Positions 10,268 through 21,279 of a DNA stretch of 64,000 nt are shown in pieces. The notes beneath the pieces are model-generated. The model was not told the origin of the DNA. It saw only the letters and a list, made by a program, of their open reading frames with translations, and made no database searches. Both the position numbers and the translations under genes were made by a program. Numbering within the stretch: the first letter of the stretch is position 1; each line of letters opens with the position of its first letter. Source of the DNA: Gammaproteobacteria bacterium (lineage in GTDB: Bacteria > Pseudomonadota > Gammaproteobacteria > Eutrophobiales > Eutrophobiaceae); the NCBI GenBank assembly GCA_963923955.1, contig OZ000552.1, positions 2,332,456-2,396,455 of the forward strand, written 5' to 3'.

Positions 10268-11224
10268 ATGCCGCAGATCCCACTCTTCGTGATCAACCTG
10301 GCAAAAAGCCAGAACCGGCGGGCGCACATGCAGCAGCAGCTCGGCTCGCTGGGGCTATCCTATGAGTTCATCAAGGCCGTTGATGGCAAGGCGATCAAGG
10401 AGCGTGACCTGCCGCCCATAGACCATGCCTTTGCCGAAAAATTGTCGTACAGAAAGGCGCCCACTAAGGCGGAAATCGGCTGTGCGCTCAGTCACCTAAA
10501 AGCCTATCAAAAAATCGTACGGGAGGGCATGGAATATGCCTGCATTATGGAAGACGATGTCCTCATCCGGCGCCCTGAAAAGCTGCGCTGGGTCTTGCAG
10601 CAGGATAATCTGTCCGCCGTGCACAAGCGTGCGCGCTTTGACCTGATCCATTTATACATGGGATATCGCATCAATAGCCCTTACCTCAAGCCCTTGCTCG
10701 CTGTGTTCCCCCGCCTTGCCGACAGAGAGATGGACTGGTTCTCGGCCTGGGGCCGGCATAAGATCGCCGCGGGACTGTATTTGAGCCGGCCATGTTATCC
10801 GTATTGGGGGACGGTGGCCTACATCGTCAACCGGCGCGCCTGCGAGGTGTTCTTGGAAGAGGCGCAAGGCATGATCCGGCTGGCGGACATACTCACTGCG
10901 GCCGGCGACTTGTTGGGGCTGGACAATTACTTCTTAAACCCGCCGCCGGTGGGCCTTGATGAGACCATCCCCAGCATCATCACCGATGCGGCCAGGTTTC
11001 ATTCATCTTTTCGCTTCAAGGAAAAAGTGCGCGCAAGGTTGCAGAGTGTCTATCATGCGCTCGGGTTTGTACTGGCCAAGACCGGGCTGGTCCGCATCGA
11101 GAGGCTCTGGCTGAAAAGACTCTACTCGCCGTCCCCCCCCCCCCCCCCCGCAATCTCGGTCGGGAGCGGCAGGATGAACCCGGCATTTGAGGGCAGGCTC
11201 GTGGCTGCGGGGCAAATGCCTTGA
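10268..11224 (+). CDS. Glycosyltransferase family 25 (LOS/LPS biosynthesis type)
   Basis: FVINLAKSQNRR, AVDG, EIGCALSH, IMEDDV and GTVAYIVN motifs. Confidence 0.9.
   Translation: MPQIPLFVINLAKSQNRRAHMQQQLGSLGLSYEFIKAVDGKAIKERDLPPIDHAFAEKLSYRKAPTKAEIGCALSHLKAYQKIVREGMEYACIMEDDVLIRRPEKLRWVLQQDNLSAVHKRARFDLIHLYMGYRINSPYLKPLLAVFPRLADREMDWFSAWGRHKIAAGLYLSRPCYPYWGTVAYIVNRRACEVFLEEAQGMIRLADILTAAGDLLGLDNYFLNPPPVGLDETIPSIITDAARFHSSFRFKEKVRARLQSVYHALGFVLAKTGLVRIERLWLKRLYSPSPPPPPAISVGSGRMNPAFEGRLVAAGQMP
11133..11149. repeat. C17 homopolymer tract near the GT25 3' end
   Basis: Counted directly from the sequence. Confidence 0.9.
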
Positions 11225-11225
11225 G

Positions 11226-11972
11226 ATGAGGCGTCCTGGGCTGCTACGCCGCATTGTCCGTACCTTCCGCAGGCGGATGCGCTACCCGGACGGCACGATC
11301 CATTTCCTGCATGTCGGCAAGGCGGCCGGGACGCAGATACAGCATGTGATTGAGCAGATCAATCAATCCCGCCGCGTAAAAAGAAAGCTGGTGTATCACG
11401 GGCACGGCTTCGGGCTGTTCAATGTGCCGCCAGGGCAGGATTATTTCTTCTCGACCCGCGACCCGCTCACCCGCTTCAAGTCCGGCTTCTACGCCCGCAA
11501 GCGCAAGTACCACGTCAATGCGGGGCATCAAGACTGGACCGAACACGAGCGCCGGGCCTTTGCGCGCTTCTCCCATGCCAAGGATCTGGCCGAGGCACTG
11601 TTTGCGCCGGGCCAACGGGGGCAGGAGGCGGTCCAGGCAATTTTATCCAACCAGCATTGCGCGCGAGCTATCGTGGATGAGTTCAAGTTTTGTGGGCATC
11701 TGTTTGCGCTGCGGCCGCCGCTCTGGATCATCCGCCAGGAGCGGTTCCAGGCCGATCTTGAGGTGTTCCTGCGCCGCATCGGCTACAACGGCCCGGTGGA
11801 TGTGGCGACAGCCAAGGAAGAGGCGAATACTGGGGATTATGACGGCGTACCGGAGCTCAGCGAGAGCGCCAAGGCCAATCTGCGCCGCTGGTATGCGCAG
11901 GACTATGCCTTCCTGGCGCTGTGCGAGAGCTGGTTGAACGAGAATGAGAGTGAGGCGTCTGCTACGCGCTGA
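11226..11972 (+). CDS. Sulfotransferase family protein
   Basis: FLHVGKAAGT (5'-phosphosulfate loop), RDPLTRFKS (3'-phosphate motif) and C-terminal LRRWYAQDY. Confidence 0.75.
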   Translation: MRRPGLLRRIVRTFRRRMRYPDGTIHFLHVGKAAGTQIQHVIEQINQSRRVKRKLVYHGHGFGLFNVPPGQDYFFSTRDPLTRFKSGFYARKRKYHVNAGHQDWTEHERRAFARFSHAKDLAEALFAPGQRGQEAVQAILSNQHCARAIVDEFKFCGHLFALRPPLWIIRQERFQADLEVFLRRIGYNGPVDVATAKEEANTGDYDGVPELSESAKANLRRWYAQDYAFLALCESWLNENESEASATR

Positions 11973-12043
11973 GGCCGCAGTGGCGTGATCGGTTCAGTGG
12001 GCCGGTATTGTGGGAAGGGGTAGGCCACCGAAGGAGAAAATGA

Positions 12044-12229
12044 ATGCCTCCAAAGATCAGGGAATTGGAACGTGCGGGCTTCAAAGACCGTGGAGGAAAG
12101 GGAAGCCATTGGAATTTTGTACATCCAAATGTCAATAACCCCCTTACAATATCGGGCAAATCCGGCCATGATGCGAAGCAGTATCAGGTTCGTGCAGTCC
12201 GATTAGCCGTAGCAGAGTCGAAAAAATGA
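12044..12229 (+). CDS. hicA: HicA family toxin
   Basis: 61 aa; GGKGSH motif; overlaps the downstream hicB start. Confidence 0.85.
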   Translation: MPPKIRELERAGFKDRGGKGSHWNFVHPNVNNPLTISGKSGHDAKQYQVRAVRLAVAESKK

Positions 12230-12465
12230 AAGATAGTGCTAAATACGTAAAAATCGTTGAGTGGTCTGAGGAGGATCAGTGCTATGTTGGGAGTGCACCG
12301 AGTTTGATCTTCGGCGGGTGTCACGGGCAAAGTGAAAAGGCGGTATTTGATGAACTGTGTCAAATCGTGGACGAGGCTGTTGCACTCTATAAAGAAGAGG
12401 GAAGGCCGCTGCCGCCGGCAACCTCGGGCCGGGACTACGTCAACAAACTTCAGTCTGTAGCCTGA
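12226..12465 (+). CDS. hicB: HicB-like antitoxin (short form, no DNA-binding domain)
   Basis: WSEEDQCYVG..P...GCHG...EEGRPLP pattern; ATGA overlap with hicA. Confidence 0.8.
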   Translation: MKDSAKYVKIVEWSEEDQCYVGSAPSLIFGGCHGQSEKAVFDELCQIVDEAVALYKEEGRPLPPATSGRDYVNKLQSVA

Positions 12466-12487
12466 TAAAGCAGAAGGCCGGCGGCGC

Positions 12488-12844
12488 TTACACCGAAAAG
12501 GAAGAACCGCAGCCGCAGGTGGTCTGGGCGTTGGGGTTGCGGATGACGAACTGTGCACCTTCCAAGCCTTCTGAATAATCGATCTCGGCACCAGTCAGGT
12601 ACTGGATGCTCATCGGATCAATGAGCAGCTTGACGCCTTCCTTTTCGATGACGGTATCGCCATCGGTGATGCTTTCATCAAAGCTGAAACCATACTGGAA
12701 ACCGGAACACCCCCCGCCACTGATAAAGACCCGCAACATCAGGGCCTCATTGTCTTCTTCAGCAATGAGGGCCTTCACCTTCGTAACAGCCGAATCAGTA
12801 AAGAGCAAGGGCTCAGGGATGGCTTCAACAGTTTCTACTTGCAT
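12488..12844 (-). CDS. erpA: Iron-sulfur cluster insertion protein ErpA
   Basis: [11 protein letters not shown] and [14 protein letters not shown] motifs. Confidence 0.95.
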   Translation of the reverse strand: MQVETVEAIPEPLLFTDSAVTKVKALIAEEDNEALMLRVFISGGGCSGFQYGFSFDESITDGDTVIEKEGVKLLIDPMSIQYLTGAEIDYSEGLEGAQFVIRNPNAQTTCGCGSSFSV

Positions 12845-12935
12845 GACAAAGACTCAACAATAAGACATGGATGCAACTATAACCTGAAACGAGCTAAAGG
12901 CCAAGTTTTCAAGCCACAAGTTTTCAGGCCAGCGG

Positions 12936-13352
12936 CTACTCCGTCAGCGCAAGTGCATCGGCCTGATCCGGCGCAGCAGGCTTCTCTTCAGACTCCGGCG
13001 TGTGTACCAGTTTGCCATTCACCTCCGCCCCCACCGCCATCTCGATCAAGTTGTAATAGACATTGCCGGTAATCCGGGCGTTCGCCGCCATCTCGATATG
13101 CTGGCTGGCGCGTACATCGCCGGTGACCTCGCCGTTTAACACCAGGTAAGGCCCCTTGACCTCGCCCTCAATCCGGCCGCCCTTGGTCAAAGACAGCACG
13201 GAACTGCCATCATCTTCGCCGACTACATTTCCCTTCACCGTACCTTCTATGAGCAGACAGCCATTAAAACGCATATCTCCTAAAACCTCGGTGTTCGGCC
13301 CGATCATGGTGTCAATGGTAGTGCTCTTTCGTTTCCGGTCTTTTTTCCACAT
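12936..13352 (-). CDS. Bactofilin (polymer-forming cytoskeletal protein)
   Basis: TMIG..TEVLGD..F.G.LLIEG.VKG beta-helix repeats; usual position between argC and erpA. Confidence 0.9.
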   Translation of the reverse strand: MWKKDRKRKSTTIDTMIGPNTEVLGDMRFNGCLLIEGTVKGNVVGEDDGSSVLSLTKGGRIEGEVKGPYLVLNGEVTGDVRASQHIEMAANARITGNVYYNLIEMAVGAEVNGKLVHTPESEEKPAAPDQADALALTE

Positions 13353-13377
13353 TGCGTTTCCCCTTAGCCTTTAGCCC

Positions 13378-14097
13378 TTAACCAGCCGCAGCCACCAGCG
13401 GCCAATCAAATGCCTTGTTAATGGTGGCCTTTCTTTTACCCTGCGGCCATAATGCCACAAATACCCTCTCGGCCTTGAAGCCTTCCGGTAAGACTATATT
13501 ACTCTCAAAGCGTGCAAAATTTCTAAATTTATATTCCATCGCCAGGGGGTGGCCAGAATTGACCGAGGACAAGGCCAAGCGTTTGGCTCGGCCCTCCAGC
13601 CGCCCGGCAATGGCGATTTCCAGCATCCCCTCGACAACACTCCCGCTTCCGACGACATTGGTGAGTATCACCTTGAGATCATAGTGCCGCGGCTGTGCCA
13701 GCGAGCGGACACGTATGCCATGCACATCCAGCCCGGCGGTACTGGCTGCTGTGGTCATAACGCCTTGGTAGAACTCCAACTCGCCGGTTATATCATAGAT
13801 CCTCTCCTGCAAGGACTTTATCTCCTCCTGCAATATGACGGCGGTCTGTCTATCCAGGCTGGTGGTGCGCTCCAACATCAAGACGCGCTCGCGCAGCGCC
13901 CGGTTTTCCTTCTCCAGGTTCTGGTTGGCCGCCCAGAGAGCATGTCGGTCATGGTTATCCTGAGAGCGCGCTTCGATGGCAGACCAGTGTGATCTATCCA
14001 GCAGCAGCCAGGTCAGGCCCGCCGCGATCATGCTCACGATCACCAGGGAAACCGCCCACTGCCAGGGCCGGTGGCGTTTGACCACAAAGCGCGCCAT
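13378..14097 (-). CDS. Conserved membrane-anchored coiled-coil protein (DUF6776-like)
   Basis: N-terminal TM, coiled coil, ELEFYQGVM and LPEGF.AERV; conserved synteny with argC and bactofilin. Confidence 0.7.
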   Translation of the reverse strand: MARFVVKRHRPWQWAVSLVIVSMIAAGLTWLLLDRSHWSAIEARSQDNHDRHALWAANQNLEKENRALRERVLMLERTTSLDRQTAVILQEEIKSLQERIYDITGELEFYQGVMTTAASTAGLDVHGIRVRSLAQPRHYDLKVILTNVVGSGSVVEGMLEIAIAGRLEGRAKRLALSSVNSGHPLAMEYKFRNFARFESNIVLPEGFKAERVFVALWPQGKRKATINKAFDWPLVAAAG

Positions 14098-14138
14098 GTC
14101 TAAAGATTTGAACCTGGAGAGGGCGCGAGAAAAGGCAT

Positions 14139-15170
14139 CTAGGGCGCCAGGGCCGGCAGCGACAGGCCGGTGGTTTCTGGCAGGCCGAACATAATGTTCA
14201 TGTTCTGGAGCGCCTGCCCGCTGGCACCTTTCACCAGGTTATCGACAACGGCTAGTATGACGACCGTTTCCCCGCCCTGCGGCCGATGCCAGGCCAGGCG
14301 GCAGGTGTTGGCACCGCGCACGCCGCGGGTGTCGGGATGGCTGCCCATCGGCATGACATCGACAAAGGGCTCCGCCTGATAGCGCTGCGCAAACACCGCT
14401 TGCAGATCGACTTCAACTTCCCGCATCCGTGCGTACAAGGTCGCATGAATGCCGCGAATCATCGGTGCCAAGTGTGGCACAAATACCAGATCAACCGGGC
14501 CGCCGTTGGCGGCGGCTAAGCCCTGTTCTATCTCCGGCAGGTGCCGGTGCCCGGCTGCGCTGTAGGCCTTAAACGAATCCGCACTCTCACAAAACTGGGT
14601 TGCCATCGCCTCCTTACGGCCGGCACCGCTGACGCCCGATTTCGCATCGGCAATTAACGAGCGAGGCTCCACCAAGCCGCCCTCCAACAGCGGCAGAAAA
14701 CCCAGCTGCACGGCCGTTGGATAGCAGCCCGGGTTTGCCAATAGCCGTGCCGTCTTGATCCGCTCCCGGTTGGCTTCCGGCAATCCATAGACCGCCTCGC
14801 TCAGCAATTCGGGGCAGACGTGTCTCTCCCCATACCACTCCGCCCACAGCGCGGCATCCTGCAGACGAAAGTCCGCCGAGAGATCGATGACCTTTATGCC
14901 GGCTTGCAACAGGGCCGGCGCTTGGTGCATGGCCGTTGCATGCGGCGTGGCAAAAAAGACGACATCACAAGCCTGGAAGTTCTTAGGTTCAGGCGCCTGA
15001 AAGGCAAGATCAAGATGCCCGCCCAGCCAGGGGAAGATCTCGGACACCTGTCGGCCGCTCTCGGCGCGGGAAGTGATCACCGCAAGCTGCACTTGCGGAT
15101 GAGCAAGCAGCAGTCGCAATAGCTCCGCGCCGGTATAGCCGGTCGCCCCTACCAGCCCCGCTTTAATCAT
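14139..15170 (-). CDS. argC: N-acetyl-gamma-glutamyl-phosphate reductase
   Basis: [15 protein letters not shown] and [11 protein letters not shown] motifs. Confidence 0.97.
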   Translation of the reverse strand: MIKAGLVGATGYTGAELLRLLLAHPQVQLAVITSRAESGRQVSEIFPWLGGHLDLAFQAPEPKNFQACDVVFFATPHATAMHQAPALLQAGIKVIDLSADFRLQDAALWAEWYGERHVCPELLSEAVYGLPEANRERIKTARLLANPGCYPTAVQLGFLPLLEGGLVEPRSLIADAKSGVSGAGRKEAMATQFCESADSFKAYSAAGHRHLPEIEQGLAAANGGPVDLVFVPHLAPMIRGIHATLYARMREVEVDLQAVFAQRYQAEPFVDVMPMGSHPDTRGVRGANTCRLAWHRPQGGETVVILAVVDNLVKGASGQALQNMNIMFGLPETTGLSLPALAP

Positions 15171-15410
15171 GAAATTTTAGCCATAGTGGTAAAAGAATAC
15201 CTTGAACTATAAGAAATTGCTCTTGGTCTGTGCCGGATATATTGTATTACAGCTTTAGTGAGCCTTGTCCTTTCCTGCATCGAAGGATTAACATACGGCA
15301 ATCTATGTAAAGTGATAAAGATATGGAAGCTGCACAGATCATCGCCCTCAACCCCAGGCACTGCCCGGGCCGGCGGCCACAACTCACGTCGGCACCCTCC
15401 TCAGGGCAAG

Positions 15411-15917
15411 ATGGATAAAAGCCGAAGCCCTTATGTTAGCAGACTGATCCCCGGCGCAGCCCTTTTGTTGTTAGCGGCGCTGTTGTGGTTCTCGCCCAAA
15501 GATTCAAATTACGCACCGGACATAGGCCTGTCGCTGCTGGATGGCCGGCAAATAGCGCTCAGTCAGTTGCAAGGCAAACCGGTGCTGGTCACATTCTGGG
15601 CGACAACCTGCGGTGTCTGTAGAGAGGAAATCCCCCACTTGACTCAATTGTACGAAGACTTCTCAGCGCAGGGTTTTGCGATGATTGCCATTGCTATGGC
15701 CTACGACCCGCCCAGTCAAGTGCTTTCGTTTGCCCAACGTGAAGGCCTGCCTTATGCCGTGGCGCTGGATGTCGAGGGCAAGGCCGCCCGGGCCTTTGGT
15801 GATGTTGCCGTCACGCCGACTTCGTTCCTGATTGCCGCGGACGGGTATATACTGCACCATCAGGTCGGCGCCTTGAATATCCATGACCTGCGCGCACAGA
15901 TCAGCACTTTACTTTGA
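15411..15917 (+). CDS. TlpA-like thiol-disulfide oxidoreductase
   Basis: FWATTCGVCREE (WxxxCxxC) and N-terminal TM; start uncertain. Confidence 0.85.
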   Translation: MDKSRSPYVSRLIPGAALLLLAALLWFSPKDSNYAPDIGLSLLDGRQIALSQLQGKPVLVTFWATTCGVCREEIPHLTQLYEDFSAQGFAMIAIAMAYDPPSQVLSFAQREGLPYAVALDVEGKAARAFGDVAVTPTSFLIAADGYILHHQVGALNIHDLRAQISTLL

Positions 15918-15948
15918 TAACATGTCGTCAAGACCTAACTGACTACTC

Positions 15949-16374
15949 ATGCTCTGGCTAAAGGCGCTGCACATCATTTTCATGGTAATCTGGTTCGCCG
16001 GCCTGTTTTACCTGCCGCGACTGTTCGTCTATCACGCCCTGGCCACGGATCAGATCAGCATTGAGCGCTTCAAGATCATGGAGAGGAAGCTCTATTTCGG
16101 CATCATGACGCCGGGAGCGGTGTTGACGCTTGTATTCGGCTTCTGGACGCTATTCAGCATCGGTGTGCAGGCCTATGCCGAGGCCGGGTGGCTGCATGTC
16201 AAGCTGGCCCTGATCCTGTTACTGGTGGCCTATCATATCTACTGCGGAAAACTGCTGTTTGATTTCAAGCATGATCGCAACAGGCACAGCCATAGCTGGT
16301 ATAGGTGGTTCAATGAAATTCCCGTGCTGTTTCTGTTTGCGCTTGTCATCCTGGCGATTGTTAAACCCTTTTAA
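15949..16374 (+). CDS. hemJ: Protoporphyrinogen oxidase HemJ
   Basis: WLKALHIIF..WFAGLFYLPRLFVYH, MERKL, RWFNEIP and KPF motifs. Confidence 0.93.
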   Translation: MLWLKALHIIFMVIWFAGLFYLPRLFVYHALATDQISIERFKIMERKLYFGIMTPGAVLTLVFGFWTLFSIGVQAYAEAGWLHVKLALILLLVAYHIYCGKLLFDFKHDRNRHSHSWYRWFNEIPVLFLFALVILAIVKPF

Positions 16375-16398
16375 GGAGGCTCTTGATTAAAAGCATCC

Positions 16399-16566
16399 TT
16401 AGATCTCCACCATTTCAAAATCTTCCTTTCTCGCACCACAATCCGGACAGCACCAGTTCAGCGGCACATCCGCCCAAGGCGTCCCCGCGGCAATGCCTTC
16501 CTCCGGCAGGCCCTTCGACTCATCATAGATAAAGCCGCAGATAACGCACATATATCGCTTCAACAT
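16399..16566 (-). CDS. Rubredoxin
   Basis: CVICGFIYD...W.CPDCG; 55 aa from ATG 16566. Confidence 0.93.
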   Translation of the reverse strand: MLKRYMCVICGFIYDESKGLPEEGIAAGTPWADVPLNWCCPDCGARKEDFEMVEI

Positions 16567-16664
16567 CGCCACCTGTTTTTTTCCAGTTTCCTTAACTCTA
16601 TAGCCGTGTAGAATAACTATCAACAGCCGGACAGACCTTCATGCTTTCTTAAGGAACAGCCCAG

Positions 16665-17942
16665 TTGAGCAAGCGACTTTTTGATGCGGCAAAGAGCGTG
16701 ATCCCGGGCGGGGTGAACTCGCCGGTTCGCGCTTTTAAGGCCGTTGGCGGCGCTCCAGTGTTTTTCAAATCCGCTAAAGGCGCCTACCTCTATGATACCA
16801 AGGGCAAGGCCTATATTGACTATGTCGGCTCCTGGGGGCCGATGATCTTAGGCCATGCCCACCCGGAGGTGATTGCGCAGGTAAAACAGACCATCGGTAA
16901 GGGGCTTAGCTTCGGTGCGCCGACGGAACTGGAAACCCGACTGGCAAAGAAAATATGTGCGCTGATGCCGTCTATTGAGAAGATCCGGATGGTCAGTTCC
17001 GGCACCGAGGCGGCGATGAGCGCCATCCGGCTCGCCCGCGGCAAGACCGGCAGAGACAAGATACTCAAGTTTGAAGGCTGCTATCACGGCCATGCCGATG
17101 CCCTGCTGGTCAAGGCCGGCTCCGGCGCCCTGACCCTGGGCGTACCCAGTTCCGCCGGTGTCCCGGAGGATTATGCCAAGCATACCCTGACCCTTCCCTT
17201 TAACGATACCCAACGGGTAAAAGACTTATTTGCAGAGCGCGGAGAAGAGATCGCCGCTGTTATCGTTGAACCCATTGCCGGCAATATGAGCTGCGTTCCA
17301 CCGCTGCCGGGCTTTTTGCCGGGCCTGCGCCAGGTCTGTGATAAATACGGTACGCTGCTGATCTTCGATGAGGTCATGACCGGCTTTCGTGTCGCCCTGG
17401 GCGGTGCGCAATCGATCTATGGCATCAAGCCTGATCTGACCATCCTGGGCAAGATCATCGGCGGCGGGATGCCGGTGGGCGCCTTTGGCGGGCGCGCAGA
17501 GATTATGGATCACATCGCCCCTGAGGGAGCGGTATATCAGGCCGGCACCCTATCGGGCAATCCCGTTGCCATGGCGGCAGGTCTGGCCACCTTGCAGTTG
17601 CTCTCACGAGCAGACTTTTATCCGGCGCTAACAGCAAGCACCAAGTCCCTTGTCACTGGCCTGAAGACGACGGCGGATAAGGCCGGCGTACCCTTCACCT
17701 ATCACCATGTCGGCGGCATGTTTGGCCTGTTCTTTAGCGAGGAGGAAGTGATCACCGGCTTCGCACAGGTCATGGCCTGCAAGCAAAAGCGATTTAAGCG
17801 ATTCTTCCGCGCGATGCTGAATAACGGCGTCTATCTCGCCCCTTCCGCCTTTGAGGCAGGCTTCGTATCCAGCGAACACACCGAAGAAGACATAGTACTG
17901 ACCATTCACCATGCCGCCGCGGCCTTTGCTTCATGCCTTTGA
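16665..17942 (+). CDS. hemL: Glutamate-1-semialdehyde 2,1-aminomutase
   Basis: [29 protein letters not shown] and AGTLSGNP motifs. Confidence 0.97.
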   Translation: MSKRLFDAAKSVIPGGVNSPVRAFKAVGGAPVFFKSAKGAYLYDTKGKAYIDYVGSWGPMILGHAHPEVIAQVKQTIGKGLSFGAPTELETRLAKKICALMPSIEKIRMVSSGTEAAMSAIRLARGKTGRDKILKFEGCYHGHADALLVKAGSGALTLGVPSSAGVPEDYAKHTLTLPFNDTQRVKDLFAERGEEIAAVIVEPIAGNMSCVPPLPGFLPGLRQVCDKYGTLLIFDEVMTGFRVALGGAQSIYGIKPDLTILGKIIGGGMPVGAFGGRAEIMDHIAPEGAVYQAGTLSGNPVAMAAGLATLQLLSRADFYPALTASTKSLVTGLKTTADKAGVPFTYHHVGGMFGLFFSEEEVITGFAQVMACKQKRFKRFFRAMLNNGVYLAPSAFEAGFVSSEHTEEDIVLTIHHAAAAFASCL

Positions 17943-18881
17943 TACGGGAAAACGCAGCGACATCGGCGTAATGCCACCGTCCAGGTCTTCAACAGGCACT
18001 TTGTAAGAGCGGTCTAATCTCATTAGATCCTGGCCGGTGAGGTGCATGATGCCGATTGGATAATTTGGCAGGCCGGGCTCGACAAAGCGCTGGTTCTCAC
18101 GATCATATTTGGGCCGGGCCACAGAGGTCCAGTTACACCAGCGCGGCAATAACTCGGCAGGCATCCCATCCAAATAGACTGTCATCCCTAAGGCCAGCTG
18201 ATCGGAGCCGAAGATGCGGCCGCGGCTGACCACACGGCGCAGGTTTTTCTGATAGCAAGACCAATGCGGGGCATCTGAGTGCAGGGAAAAATTGCCGGAA
18301 TACAGGCAAGGCCTGGCGGCCAGGTGCTGAAACTCCTCTCGCGATAGGCCGGAGCGGGCGGCGTTTTTTGCATAAAAATTCCTTATCCTCGCCCATTTGA
18401 ACAGCCAGCCGTCCGCAGTGAAGGCCTGCTCCGTATAGCGATCAAAATTGGCCACGATGCCCAGCTTGCCCTGCCTTGCCGCCTGCAAATACAGGTCCAT
18501 CGCGGCAAAGTCACACAGCCAGCTATCAGCGTCCATCCACACATAGATCTCATAACCGGGGAAGTACTCCGGCAGACAGGCCCGCACCAGGCTCGCCAAT
18601 AGGTACTTGCGGCCGCGTAACCGGGCCCTGCTGAGAGAAAAATCGTTGCGTATCTCGGCGAATTTTATGTTTCTGCGCTCAAGCCCGCCCACCTGCTGCG
18701 CATCCAGGTCGGCGCCTATTGCACAGAGCGTCAGCGCTGCGGCCGAATCAGGCCAGGCCTGTTTGACGGAAGCAAGACACTCCAGCAGCAAGGGATAGTA
18801 CTTTTGATCGGCTGCGGAGACGACCGCTACCCGTTCCGATGGCCGCTTCACATTTGTTGGTTGCGCACTTGACAGCGTCAA
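17931..18881 (-). CDS. GT-A fold glycosyltransferase (GT8-like)
   Basis: [16 protein letters not shown] (DxD), GSDQLAL and CNW motifs. Confidence 0.7.
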   Translation of the reverse strand: MTLSSAQPTNVKRPSERVAVVSAADQKYYPLLLECLASVKQAWPDSAAALTLCAIGADLDAQQVGGLERRNIKFAEIRNDFSLSRARLRGRKYLLASLVRACLPEYFPGYEIYVWMDADSWLCDFAAMDLYLQAARQGKLGIVANFDRYTEQAFTADGWLFKWARIRNFYAKNAARSGLSREEFQHLAARPCLYSGNFSLHSDAPHWSCYQKNLRRVVSRGRIFGSDQLALGMTVYLDGMPAELLPRWCNWTSVARPKYDRENQRFVEPGLPNYPIGIMHLTGQDLMRLDRSYKVPVEDLDGGITPMSLRFPVSKA

Positions 18882-19176
18882 TCCCCCTTTGCCCTTAAAT
18901 TTTTCCCTATTATAAGGGATTTAGGCGCATTGAGTTTAGAGATCGGCCTGATCGTGTTGGCGTGGGCTTGACTTTGCCTATATTGCGGTGCAACATAATA
19001 AGCTCAATGGCAGATAGGGCTTGAGCAGCCCGGATCCGGGCAATATTGGCAAAGGGCATAAATTACTTGAGAAAATGCCGATAAATTTTCAATTTTTCAC
19101 GAAAAATCTTGAAAAAGTAGCGCCCTTGCGTAGGATGGTTCGGTCTTCTACCCGCAAAGATGGATTAGCTTAAAAA

Positions 19177-21249
19177 ATGAAGCACAGCGGCACAATAACA
19201 CAGACTGCGCTGGCCGGGCAGGCGCGCCCGGGTGCCGCGCTGTTTGAGGAGACGGCCTTCCATGCGCCCGTCGCCCAAGCCGATCCTGCCCAGACAGACC
19301 CGCTGACCAGGACGATCCATCTCGCTGCCAGCGCCCTGCTGGCAGGCCAGGCCGAGCAAGGCTTCTGGCACTTTGATCTGGAGGCGGATGCGACCATTCC
19401 GGCGGAATACATCCTGCTGCAACATTTTATGGGCACGGTGGATAAGGCGCGCGAGAAGCGGCTTGCTGAGTACATCTGCTCCCGGCAATCAGGCGATGGC
19501 AGCTGGCCCTTGTATGAGGCCGGCCCCGGCAATATCAGCGCAACCGTCAAGTCCTATTACGCCCTGAAGATCGCCGGTCTTGAAAGCGCTTCACCAATAA
19601 TGCAGGGCGCCCGGAAATGGGTGCTGGCACACGGCGGGGCGGAGAGCGCCAATGTCTTTACCCGCATCCAGCTGGCCTTGTTCGGCCAAATCCCCTGGCG
19701 CACGGTGCCGGCGATGCCGGCCGAGATCCTATGCCTGCCGCGCTGGTTTTTCTTTAGCTTGGACAAGGTCTCATACTGGTCGCGCTGCGTGATCGTACCC
19801 CTGCTGATCCTCTTCGCCAAGCGCCCGGTCTATCAACCCGGCCATGACGTAAAAGAACTGTTCTTAAGCCCACCGCAGCAACTTGGGCACATCGACAGGT
19901 TCGCCCGCGGCAAGTGGATGAAAAATGCCTTCATCCTCATCGACCGAATAGTAAAAATCGTGGAGCCGCGCATCCCGCGCAAGCTGCGTGAACGATCCCT
20001 GCACCGGGCTGAGGCGTGGATGCGCAAACACATGGCCGGTGCCGGCGGGATTGGCGCTATCTATCCGGCGATGGCGAACGCGGTGATGGCCTTGAAGGTA
20101 TTGGGCTACGATAGTAAGGATCCGGATATGGCGCGCGGTGTGCAGGCGATTGAAGACCTGGTGCTGGATGAGGGAGATGAATCCTACGTACAACCCTGCC
20201 TCTCGCCGGTCTGGGATAGCTGTCTAAGCTTGAGCGCCCTGTCTGAATGTGGCATTGATGCAGAACACGAGGCGGTTAAAAAATCGATCCACTGGCTGTT
20301 TGAAAAACAGGTCTTTGTCACGGGCGACTGGGCCGCCAATGCGCCGGCTCTGGAAGGCGGCGGCTGGGCCTTCCAGTTTGAAAACGATTTCTATCCCGAT
20401 GTTGATGATACCAGCATGGTGGTGATGGCGCTGCTGCGCGCCGGCGCCCACAAAGACCCGCAGCATCGAGAAGCGCTCGGCCGCGCGGTCAACTGGGTAT
20501 TGGGCATGCAAAATTCAGACGGCGGCTGGGGTGCCTTTGACATCGATAACGATTATGCGTACTTAAACAATATTCCCTTTGCCGACCACGGCGCGCTGCT
20601 GGATCCCAGCACCGAGGATCTGGCAGGGCGTTGCATTGAGATGCTGGCCATGCTGGGCTATGAGCGCAGCTTTGCGCCGCTTGCCCGGGCGCTCAACTAC
20701 CTGAAATCCAGGCAGACCGAGTCCGGCGCCTGGTATGGGCGCTGGGGCGTGAACTATATCTATGGCACCTGGGCGGTCTTGGTCGGGTTGGGCGCGCTGG
20801 GCGAAGACCCGCGCCAGCCCTATATCCGCAAGGCGATTGCCTGGCTCAAGCGCATACAGAATCAGGACGGCGGCTGGGGCGAGGGCTGTGATTCTTATGA
20901 TGATCCGGCGCTCTGCGGTCATGGGGACAGCACGGCCTCGCAGACGGCCTGGGCCCTGCTGGGGCTAATGGCCGTCGGTGAAGTGCATTCTGAAGCGGTC
21001 GAGCGCGGCATTCACTATCTTGTACGCAACTTTGAAGCCACGAGCGGATGGAAGGAAGCGGCCTACACCGGCACCGGTTTTCCGCGTGTCTTTTATCTGC
21101 GTTACCACGGCTATAGCCACTATTTTCCATTATGGGCGCTGGGGGTCTATCGGCGCACCAAACAGGGCCTGCCCTCGCGCCTGGAGCAGGTGCGCGATGG
21201 CGGCCCGATTGATTTAGGAGCAATGTCGGCACTCTCCGGCCAGCATTAA
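19177..21249 (+). CDS. shc: Squalene--hopene cyclase
   Basis: YPDVDDT catalytic motif, QW repeats (QNSDGGW, QNQDGGW) and GTGFPRVFYLRY. Confidence 0.96.
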   Translation: MKHSGTITQTALAGQARPGAALFEETAFHAPVAQADPAQTDPLTRTIHLAASALLAGQAEQGFWHFDLEADATIPAEYILLQHFMGTVDKAREKRLAEYICSRQSGDGSWPLYEAGPGNISATVKSYYALKIAGLESASPIMQGARKWVLAHGGAESANVFTRIQLALFGQIPWRTVPAMPAEILCLPRWFFFSLDKVSYWSRCVIVPLLILFAKRPVYQPGHDVKELFLSPPQQLGHIDRFARGKWMKNAFILIDRIVKIVEPRIPRKLRERSLHRAEAWMRKHMAGAGGIGAIYPAMANAVMALKVLGYDSKDPDMARGVQAIEDLVLDEGDESYVQPCLSPVWDSCLSLSALSECGIDAEHEAVKKSIHWLFEKQVFVTGDWAANAPALEGGGWAFQFENDFYPDVDDTSMVVMALLRAGAHKDPQHREALGRAVNWVLGMQNSDGGWGAFDIDNDYAYLNNIPFADHGALLDPSTEDLAGRCIEMLAMLGYERSFAPLARALNYLKSRQTESGAWYGRWGVNYIYGTWAVLVGLGALGEDPRQPYIRKAIAWLKRIQNQDGGWGEGCDSYDDPALCGHGDSTASQTAWALLGLMAVGEVHSEAVERGIHYLVRNFEATSGWKEAAYTGTGFPRVFYLRYHGYSHYFPLWALGVYRRTKQGLPSRLEQVRDGGPIDLGAMSALSGQH

Positions 21250-21279
21250 AACCTCCAGATAGTAATTAAGAGAGCAAAA

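Noticed and set aside
11133-11972. Slippage-generated GT25-sulfotransferase fusion
   Set aside because: The sulfotransferase frame has a TGA at 11175-11177 between the tract and its coding region.
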